A program made the translations under genes and the position numbers. Below the pieces are notes generated by a model that searched no databases, had not been told where the DNA came from, and saw only the letters and a program-made list of their open reading frames with translations. From Christensenellaceae bacterium (GTDB lineage: Bacteria; Bacillota; Clostridia; Christensenellales; Borkfalkiaceae), in assembly GCA_045613545.1 (NCBI GenBank), contig JAZLBD010000001.1, positions 27,332 to 91,331 of the forward strand: a DNA stretch of 64,000 bases, read 5' to 3'. Numbering within the stretch: the first letter of the stretch is position 1; each line of letters begins with the position of its first letter. Shown piece after piece: positions 57,143 to 64,000 of this stretch.

Positions 57143-58309
57143 TTAAAAAAGCTCGAAAAACGCCTTTTCTCCCGAAAGCAGTTTTTCGTCGAGTTGCCAC
57201 TTCCCGTCCTTAAAAAGCAAACCGAACTGACTCTCTTTCGCCGTTTCAAACACGTCGTCGCAATCGTACGCGACGAATTCGTCATTCATATCTTGCAAAA
57301 TCTCTTTTACCGCTTCGTGGAAATGACTCGTCGTGATAAAAATCCCTCGACATTTGCTTTTCCCGTCGCGCACTTTTCGCCACTGTACCGCGCCGACGAA
57401 CTGTTGAAAGTCGGTGAGTTTTACCTTCCATTTGTCTCCGCCTTTCGTGTCATCCCAGTTTTTTGCCTGTATGTAGATGACCTCGTAAAAACCGAATTTA
57501 TCGCAAAGTTCCAATTCGCCGTCGATCCCCCCGTCGTTTTCTCCGCCGGAGATACGAAACGCTTCCACCCTTCTACCATTTTTGAAAGCATGACGTTCGA
57601 GCAAATATACCGAATAGTATTCAAAATATTTTCCCCCAAGCGAGCGCAAACGTTTCAAAAACGCCTCTTTTAGAAGTTCTTCTTCCGTCTTTTTCCCTTT
57701 TGCCGTTTTGACGGCGCGGGGTTTCGTTTCCTTTTTGACCGTTTTCTTCCCCTCTTTTACCGGTTTTTCCTCTTTCTTTTCCTCTTTTTCTTCCGTCGGT
57801 TTTTCTTTGGATTCTTCCTGTTTTTTTGCGTTGCCTAAGAATACGACGTCGCCTAAATCCACTTCCTTTTTTTCTGCGACGGGGCGTTTTTTCGTTTCTT
57901 TCTTCTCCTCGACGGACGGTTTCTCGACTTGTTTATCCTTTGCCGATTTTTTAGCCGTCTTTACGGACGGTTTGTCCGTTTTTTCGACGAGTTTTTCCGC
58001 GGTCGAAAGAGTCTCTTTCTTCTTGCGACCGCGTTTTTTCTCTTTTTCCGCCGTCCATTTGCAAAGATCGCTCGGCTTGTCGTAGGCGACTTCTCCCGCC
58101 TTTTCCATTTCCGAAAACACCGACCCGAATTTTCCCTTAATATCGGCGATATCGTGCTCTTCGCCCTCGTACGCCGAAACGTAGGCGTTGGTCGAAACCA
58201 TCAACAGATCGTTCCATTTATACTCTTTTTCTCTGAGTAGGTCGCGCAAAATCGTTTTGAAACGCTCCACCTTTTCTCTTTTCGTAGGTCTTTTCTCTTC
58301 TTGTGCCAT
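57143..58309 (-). CDS. Mrr-like restriction-endonuclease-fold protein with a long Lys/Glu-rich linker
   Basis: C-terminal GGENDGGIDGELELCDKFGFYEVIYIQAKNW (D...(D/E)xK, Mrr_cat-like). The middle ~130 aa are K/E/T-rich low complexity. The start lies 1 nt after the recO stop. Confidence 0.6.
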   Translation of the reverse strand: MAQEEKRPTKREKVERFKTILRDLLREKEYKWNDLLMVSTNAYVSAYEGEEHDIADIKGKFGSVFSEMEKAGEVAYDKPSDLCKWTAEKEKKRGRKKKETLSTAEKLVEKTDKPSVKTAKKSAKDKQVEKPSVEEKKETKKRPVAEKKEVDLGDVVFLGNAKKQEESKEKPTEEKEEKKEEKPVKEGKKTVKKETKPRAVKTAKGKKTEEELLKEAFLKRLRSLGGKYFEYYSVYLLERHAFKNGRRVEAFRISGGENDGGIDGELELCDKFGFYEVIYIQAKNWDDTKGGDKWKVKLTDFQQFVGAVQWRKVRDGKSKCRGIFITTSHFHEAVKEILQDMNDEFVAYDCDDVFETAKESQFGLLFKDGKWQLDEKLLSGEKAFFELF

Positions 58310-58310
58310 A

Positions 58311-59033
58311 TTAGTCCTCGATTAAGCGAATGAGTTCGCTCAAACAGGGGTATTCCCCCTCCGTTTTTTCTTTGATATATTCTTTCATGAGCCGAAGCGC
58401 TCTCTTTTTTCCCCGCTCACTCTTTTCTTCGTCGTGGGAAAGCCCTTGACAGCGCTTGAGCCACTCGTAGGTGCTTTCGCTGGCACGCACGCCACGGGCG
58501 CACGAAGGACAGGTAAACTGACCCGTTGAAAAGTCGAAATAGGGCGTTTCCCCCACTTCGCCTCCACAATCCGCACAACCGCTCGCGTCGAGCATATATC
58601 CACCCTCTCGCAAAGCGACGAGCAAAAAGGTCGTCACGGTCTCCACGGGGTCCTCCTCGGTAAGCGTGAGCGCTTTCAAGGCCTCGATCGCGGCGATAAA
58701 AAATCCCTCTTGTCCCTCATCGTAGATGACGAGCGCGTCGCAAACTTCCGCGATCACGCACGCAGAATAATAGCGCACGACGTCCGTTCGAAGCGCGTAA
58801 AACCCGTCGTATAAATAGGCGCTGACAACGGTATTGCGCCCGCCTTTTTCCGCCAGCACGTATTCGCAAAAAGCAAAGGGTTGCGAAGCAAAGTTGAGCT
58901 TTGCCGTCGGTTTTTTCACCCCTTTCATAAAAGCGGTCACCTTCCCCCTCGACGGGGTGAGCAAGGTGACTATTTTATCATTTTCTTGATAGTGCGTGGT
59001 TCGAATGACCAGCCCTTCCGTTTTGCTTTCCAA
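58311..59033 (-). CDS. recO: DNA repair protein RecO
   Basis: EGLVIRTTHYQENDKIVTLLTPSRGKV OB-fold N-terminus and the Zn-finger CADCGG...FTCPSC. TTG start. Confidence 0.85.
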   Translation of the reverse strand: MESKTEGLVIRTTHYQENDKIVTLLTPSRGKVTAFMKGVKKPTAKLNFASQPFAFCEYVLAEKGGRNTVVSAYLYDGFYALRTDVVRYYSACVIAEVCDALVIYDEGQEGFFIAAIEALKALTLTEEDPVETVTTFLLVALREGGYMLDASGCADCGGEVGETPYFDFSTGQFTCPSCARGVRASESTYEWLKRCQGLSHDEEKSERGKKRALRLMKEYIKEKTEGEYPCLSELIRLIED

Positions 59034-59035
59034 CG

Positions 59036-59155
59036 CTATTCGTCCTTCTTTCGTTTTAACTCGTGATAGAGCATATAGTAACTGATATTCCCCGTTTTTT
59101 CAAACAGTTCCCACGCAAGCCCCATCGCGTCTTTTCCGCCTTCTTTCTCGCGCAT
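59036..59155 (-). CDS. yqzL: YqzL-like small protein (39 aa), not in the ORF track
   Basis: Own translation: MREKEGGKDAMGLAWELFEKTGNISYYMLYHELKRKKDE. GGAGGG lies before ATG 59155. The era-yqzL-recO position matches Bacillus, and the W..F..TG....Y.L pattern matches my memory of YqzL. Confidence 0.55.
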   Translation of the reverse strand: MREKEGGKDAMGLAWELFEKTGNISYYMLYHELKRKKDE

Positions 59156-59202
59156 ACTTCCCTCCTACCATTAGCTTGCTTTTCGGTAGGATTTTTATAC
59201 GC

Positions 59203-60096
59203 TTAAACCTCTTTGAACTCTTCGTAGCCGTACTCTTTCAAAAATTGCGGTCTATCCCGCCAATCTTCTTTTACCTTAACGTAGGTCGTCAAGAACACTT
59301 TCGCGCCCAAGAATTTTTCCATATCTTGCCGAGCGAACGAGGAAACTTCCTTAATCGCTCTGCCTTGCTTCCCTATCAAAATCGCCTTGTGCGCTTGCTT
59401 TTCGCAGACAATATCGAGATTCACCTCGTACATCCCCCGTTCGTTGCGTTCAAACGTATTGATAACCACCGCTACGCCGTGGGGAATTTCCTCGTCGAAT
59501 TTGAGCAGGATTTTTTCGCGCATAATCTCGGAAATCATAAACCGTTCGCTCTTATCGGACACGATCTCTTCCTCGAACACCTTATCCCCCTCGGGGAGCG
59601 CGTTTGCCAAAAATTTTTCGAGTGCGCGGAGGTTTTTCCCTTTCCTTGCCGAAACGGGAAAGACGTCTAAATCAATCCCTGCCTCGGAAAATTTCAAAAG
59701 ATCGAGCGGAATGTTTTCCTTGGGCATAATGTCGATTTTCGTGTAGGCGATCGCCATCGGGATCCCAAGCGAAAGGTAGTTTTGAATGATGGATAAATCC
59801 TCTTCCTTCACCCCTTGGTGACCGTCGAGGACGTAGAGGATAAAATCGACGTCTTTTGCGCTCGTTTCCGTCGTCTTTCGCATCATATCGGTGAGCGCGT
59901 TTCTCGCCTTATACAGCCCCGGCGTGTCCACGAACACGATTTGATAATCCGCTTTGGTAAGCACCCCTAAAATGCGGTCTCTCGTCGTTTGGGGTTTGGG
60001 GGACACGATGGACACCTTTTCTCCCACCAAAACGTTGATGAGGGTGCTTTTCCCCGCGTTTGCTTTTCCGATGACGGCAACGTATCCGCTTTTCAT
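59203..60096 (-). CDS. era: GTPase Era
   Basis: SGYVAVIGKANAGKSTLIN, DTPG, TKID and a KH-domain C-terminus. I prefer ATG 60096. Confidence 0.9.
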   Translation of the reverse strand: MKSGYVAVIGKANAGKSTLINVLVGEKVSIVSPKPQTTRDRILGVLTKADYQIVFVDTPGLYKARNALTDMMRKTTETSAKDVDFILYVLDGHQGVKEEDLSIIQNYLSLGIPMAIAYTKIDIMPKENIPLDLLKFSEAGIDLDVFPVSARKGKNLRALEKFLANALPEGDKVFEEEIVSDKSERFMISEIMREKILLKFDEEIPHGVAVVINTFERNERGMYEVNLDIVCEKQAHKAILIGKQGRAIKEVSSFARQDMEKFLGAKVFLTTYVKVKEDWRDRPQFLKEYGYEEFKEV

Positions 60097-60113
60097 AAAT
60101 CTTGCTCCTTTCG

Positions 60114-60599
60114 TTATTCTCTCGTAATTCCTAATTTTTGAAGAATTTTTTCTTCCATTTCGCGCATTTGCGCTCTCTCTTCGTCCGTTTCGTGATCGAA
60201 CCCAAAGCAATGCATAATCCCGTGTACGAGCAAATAATGGAGTTCCCGCTCGTAGGAATGTCCGTATTCTTCCGCTTGCTCTTTCGCCCGTTTCACGCAG
60301 ACCGCTACCGACCCTATCAAAAGGTTTTTTTGCTCGTCTAAATCTCCGCTAAATTCCTCTTTCGTGATCGGGCAATCGAAAAGTTTTTCATAAGAGGGAA
60401 AACTTAAAACGTCCGTCGTTTTGTCGATCTTTCTTTGCGCGAGATTGAGCCGACGAATCTCTTCTTCGTCCACGAAAATAAACTCAACGGCAAGGGGAAG
60501 CTCCGTATCCGCAAACCCCCTCATCGCCTTTTGCAAGCGTTTTCTCTCTTTTTTGGAAAATTCCACGTCCTCGCTATAGACGACGAATTTCTTACTCAT
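60114..60599 (-). CDS. ybeY: rRNA maturation endoribonuclease YbeY
   Basis: HYLLVHGIMHCFGFDH metal-binding motif. Confidence 0.9.
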   Translation of the reverse strand: MSKKFVVYSEDVEFSKKERKRLQKAMRGFADTELPLAVEFIFVDEEEIRRLNLAQRKIDKTTDVLSFPSYEKLFDCPITKEEFSGDLDEQKNLLIGSVAVCVKRAKEQAEEYGHSYERELHYLLVHGIMHCFGFDHETDEERAQMREMEEKILQKLGITRE

Positions 60600-62116
60600 A
60601 CGTTTTCCCCCGTCGTTTTTCCGTTCGAGCGTTTATACCGCACCGACGGGTATTTGACGCGGTGGTGGTAAACCCCCGAAAGCGTTTCGATGATCGTCGC
60701 CTTGATTTTGGTAAGATCCGCCATCGTGATGTCGCAATCGGAGAATTGATCGAGTTCCATTCTCTCTTCGATCACGCCGTCCACCGCTTGTTCGACCGCC
60801 TCGGGCGTACGCGTTGCAAGCGCTCTGCAAACCGCTTCCGACGCGTCGCAAAGCATAATGATGACGGCGATTTTCGTTTTCGGTTTCGGACCAGTATACG
60901 AGAAGTCCTCGATGTTTAATTCCCCGTCCGTCATTTTAAGCGCCTTAGCGTAGAAATAACGAATCGGCATCGTGCCGTGATGCTCCAGCGCCGTCTCCGC
61001 CAAAAATTCGGGGAGATGGTTGGCGCAAATGAGTTTATACCCGTCGAGGGTGTGCGAACGAATAATGTCCGCCGAAAGCTCGGGAGTGAGCTCGTCATGC
61101 AAGTTGTAATCCCCTTGGTTTTCGGTGAAATATTCCGGTTGGTGCAATTTGCCCACGTCGTGATAGAACGCCGCGGCGCGCGCGTAGTCGGCGTCCTCGC
61201 CGATCGCCTCCGCGCACGCTTCCGCAAGTTGCGCGACTTGTACCGAATGGTTATACGTGCCGGGCGCCTCTTCTTTTAACTTCTTCAAAAGTTTCGCGTC
61301 CGACGCCGTAAGTTCGCGTAGACGGAAAGGAGTCAAACGATTGAATACGCCCTCGTAAATCGGCAAGAGCGCAAGGAATAAAACGGCGGAAAGCAGACCG
61401 CCCAAAAGCCCGTAGCCCATTTCCGCAAAGATGCCGAACATCGTCGCTTTGGTAATCACGCCCGCCACCACTTCTTGCGTTTCGCCGAGCGAACAAATTT
61501 CCAAAAGGAAGATGATGAGTTCAATGGGGATAACGACGATCACGCCGATACGGACCACTTGAAAACGGGTCTTTGCCGTCTGCCCTAAAAAGATGGCGAA
61601 CATACCCGCAACGAACGTGATAACGAACGAGGAATAAATACTCTTATCCGATTCGCCGAGCGTGGAGAAGTTGTCTACGAGGAACATAAGTACCGCAAAA
61701 ATAATATTGACGAAAATCGCCGTTCTTCTACCCAAAAGCATCAAAACGAGCAGGGCGAGAAGCGCCACGGGACGGGCGTAAATTCCTACGAATTCACCGA
61801 TCCCCGCGGACAACAGAATACACACGTCTATCGCGATAAACACGAGCGCGATGGATTTTCCTTCCGTTAGCACCGCCCGATCTTCGAAAAAGAAATAGGC
61901 GTACATAATACACACCAACAAGAACGCGCACAAAGCGATATACAAATAATTCGCGCTATAATCCCAAAACGTGCTGGAAAACTCGCCCTGTTTTTGGCGC
62001 ACTAACACGAGCAGTATTACCGCGCAGAGCAAAATAAATTGTCCAATGAACGCGAAGATACTTTTTACCCACGTATTATGCGTCCATACGACGTTTTTTT
62101 CCGGTTTTTTATTCAT
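60596..62116 (-). CDS. pgpH: 7TM-HD phosphohydrolase (PgpH/YqfF-like)
   Basis: Multi-TM N-terminal half, HD domain HSVQVAQLAE...AFYHDVGK, position between phoH and ybeY. I prefer ATG 62116. Confidence 0.75.
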   Translation of the reverse strand: MNKKPEKNVVWTHNTWVKSIFAFIGQFILLCAVILLVLVRQKQGEFSSTFWDYSANYLYIALCAFLLVCIMYAYFFFEDRAVLTEGKSIALVFIAIDVCILLSAGIGEFVGIYARPVALLALLVLMLLGRRTAIFVNIIFAVLMFLVDNFSTLGESDKSIYSSFVITFVAGMFAIFLGQTAKTRFQVVRIGVIVVIPIELIIFLLEICSLGETQEVVAGVITKATMFGIFAEMGYGLLGGLLSAVLFLALLPIYEGVFNRLTPFRLRELTASDAKLLKKLKEEAPGTYNHSVQVAQLAEACAEAIGEDADYARAAAFYHDVGKLHQPEYFTENQGDYNLHDELTPELSADIIRSHTLDGYKLICANHLPEFLAETALEHHGTMPIRYFYAKALKMTDGELNIEDFSYTGPKPKTKIAVIIMLCDASEAVCRALATRTPEAVEQAVDGVIEERMELDQFSDCDITMADLTKIKATIIETLSGVYHHRVKYPSVRYKRSNGKTTGENV

Positions 62117-63059
62117 CTTTCGTTTTCTCCTTTTGGGCAGACGACTCCGCCTTCTCATATGCGCGGATGATTCGCATCACGAGGGGGTGCCTTACCACGT
62201 CTTTATCGGTAAGATGACAAACTTCCACCCCTTCCACGTCCTTCAAAATCCGAACGGCGTGCAAAAGTCCGCTTTTCTTCCCTTCGGGCAAGTCGATTTG
62301 CGTGACGTCGCCTGTGACGACCACTTTACTCCCTTCTCCCATACGGGTTAAAAACATTTTCATTTGTTCTTTCGTCGTGTTTTGCGCCTCGTCTAAAATG
62401 ATGAACGCCGACGAGAGAGTGCGTCCGCGCATGTACGCGAGGGGAGCGACTTCGATCACGCCCCTTTCCATAAGTTTCGCGTACGTTTCTACGCCGAGCA
62501 TCTCTTGCAAAGCGTCGTAGAGCGGGCGCAAATACGGATCGACTTTCGTTTGTAGATCCCCCGGCAAAAAGCCTAGCTTTTCTCCTGCCTCTACGGCGGG
62601 GCGAGTGAGAATAATCTTTTCCACCTGCTTATTTTTGAATGCCGCGACGGCAAGGCAAACGGCGAGATAGGTCTTCCCCGTTCCGGCAGGTCCAACGCCA
62701 AACACCACCGTCTTTTGTTTAATCGCGTCCACGTAGTTTTTTTGCCCTACCGTTTTCGCGCGGATTTGTTTCCCTTTCGACGTGACGGCAACGACCCCCG
62801 AGGGCAACGAGCAAATCTCACCTGCTCTACCCTCCTTGGCAAGCTCGATGCAATAAAGCACCCTGCTCTCGTCGATCCGCTCCCCGTTTCTTGCCATTTG
62901 GGCGAGCGCGGAAAAAACGGCAAGTCCCACTTCCACGTCGGCGCTTTCCCCCTCCAAGCGAAGCTTCATTCCCTCCACGTACAAGACGAGAGAAAGCTCT
63001 CTTGACACGAGCGTTAAATTTTCATCGAACGTCCCAAGTAGCAAGGACATTTCATCCAT
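62109..63059 (-). CDS. phoH: PhoH-family ATPase
   Basis: VFGVGPAGTGKTYLAV Walker A, IILDEAQN, and VVTGDVTQIDLP. Confidence 0.9.
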   Translation of the reverse strand: MDEMSLLLGTFDENLTLVSRELSLVLYVEGMKLRLEGESADVEVGLAVFSALAQMARNGERIDESRVLYCIELAKEGRAGEICSLPSGVVAVTSKGKQIRAKTVGQKNYVDAIKQKTVVFGVGPAGTGKTYLAVCLAVAAFKNKQVEKIILTRPAVEAGEKLGFLPGDLQTKVDPYLRPLYDALQEMLGVETYAKLMERGVIEVAPLAYMRGRTLSSAFIILDEAQNTTKEQMKMFLTRMGEGSKVVVTGDVTQIDLPEGKKSGLLHAVRILKDVEGVEVCHLTDKDVVRHPLVMRIIRAYEKAESSAQKEKTKDE

Positions 63060-63131
63060 CGAATCTATTTCGATCGAGCGTGTTATCTTTGACGTATCGT
63101 ACTCCTTTTTTCGTCGCTTGGACGAAATTTA

Positions 63132-64000
63132 TCATTCTACGTATCCGAAATTCATCGTTTCCACCGCCTCGTACACGATCGTGACGATCGCGCCTTCGTC
63201 GGTGCGTTCCACTTTTTTCTCCACCACTTCGCCGTCCACGGGAAAGGACGGGTCCACCTGCTCCCCCTCCAAAAACCGCTGTTCGGTGACGAGGATTTTC
63301 ACTTTTGCCACGGGATAGCTCTCTTGCCATTTCCCGTCCTCTAGCAGAAAATATCCGCCGACGAGAACGTCGCCCACCTCCACGCGCATCGAAGGCGCTT
63401 TTAGCGCCGTTCCGCGAAGCACCAATATTTGCGAGATGGTTCCACTGTGTTTTGCGATCATGTCCCCGTAAACGAGTTTTTCCTCGCTAAAGGGGGAAGT
63501 TCGTATTTCTACCGTCACGCACATCCCCTTTTTTTGCACGGTCGCGAACGTGACGAAAGGTAGTCCCATCAGTTCCGCGCTCGCCTTTTTCGAGGCGTCT
63601 TTGGGATAGAGGGAAAAGGGGGTGATCCCGTACCTATGTAAAATTGCTTGCCCCTCTTTTTGATAGTCCGCCGTCACAAATTCAACGCGGAATATAAGTG
63701 ATTGACAAAAGGTGACGTTCGCCAAAAACAGAGCGATCCCCAACGCGATTCCGAAGCGGTTTTTTAGAAGGTGTATATATTTATATATACCCACTTTTCC
63801 CGCTTTTCTTGCGACGTACGCTTTTTTATTATTCTTATTATAACACAAGTCGGGATAAATTGCAAAAACTTTTTCGCTATCTTTTTTGCTTACGAGTAGC
63901 ATTATTTGATTTTTTTTGATTTTTTTTGCCCAAAAAACGGTAATTCCGCTTTTGACGAGCCGTTTTAGAGCCCTCTCGGGGTGCGCGCCCTCCAAGACGA
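63132..64000 (-). CDS. yqfD: sporulation protein YqfD (partial; N-terminus probably just beyond the window end)
   Basis: PERALKRLVKSGITVFWAKKIKKNQIMLLVSKKD, a single TM, and a position upstream of phoH as in Bacillus/Clostridium. The 63995 'M' is a TTG and the frame is still open at 64000. Confidence 0.65.
   Translation of the reverse strand, partial: VLEGAHPERALKRLVKSGITVFWAKKIKKNQIMLLVSKKDSEKVFAIYPDLCYNKNNKKAYVARKAGKVGIYKYIHLLKNRFGIALGIALFLANVTFCQSLIFRVEFVTADYQKEGQAILHRYGITPFSLYPKDASKKASAELMGLPFVTFATVQKKGMCVTVEIRTSPFSEEKLVYGDMIAKHSGTISQILVLRGTALKAPSMRVEVGDVLVGGYFLLEDGKWQESYPVAKVKILVTEQRFLEGEQVDPSFPVDGEVVEKKVERTDEGAIVTIVYEAVETMNFGYVE

Overview
This 64-kb window looks like an endospore-forming Firmicute. 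The gene order is Clostridia-type (tig-clpP-clpX-lon-engB; yqfD-phoH-pgpH-ybeY-era-yqzL-recO; rpmE-prmC-prfA) and almost everything is transcribed on the minus strand. Two visibly AT-richer accessory segments interrupt the core.
(1) Positions 1 to ~12.9 kb hold one tightly packed, translationally coupled minus-strand operon. It opens with an extended -10 promoter, a triple 21-nt repeat leader and a phage ArpU/RinA-like activator. It then encodes:
- a beta-helix protein
- a 3-TM holin-like protein
- a dTMP-kinase-like P-loop kinase
- a PF14907-like nucleotidyltransferase
- two carrier proteins flanking a short stand-alone adenylating enzyme
- two BtrH-like Cys/His papain-fold proteins
- an orphan 185-aa protein
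The operon ends in a signal-less RHS/YD-repeat gene of more than 1600 codons. That gene is missing from the supplied ORF track because it runs off the window. This operon is my best candidate for an undescribed system.
(2) Positions 50.5-53.9 kb hold a 3.4-kb islet without an integrase, inserted in the 3' end of ppdK and bounded by 57/58-bp direct repeats. It carries GrpB and two paralogous XRE-HTH proteins, one with a clear FtsK-gamma domain. A 152-bp direct repeat brackets those two genes.
Other notable items:
- a ~600-nt ORF-free, hairpin-dense intergenic block (26.76-27.36 kb)
- a YidC::TagF-type fusion beside two LtaS-like paralogues
- an Mrr-like nuclease with a Lys/Glu-rich linker behind recO
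- a DUF1385::PrmC fusion
- a J-domain protein with a cysteine-string tail
I saw no rRNA, tRNA or CRISPR array. All family calls come from motifs read by eye. No searches were run, and Pfam names and accessions are from memory. The ORF track renders TTG/GTG starts as M and omits ORFs that are open at a window edge.
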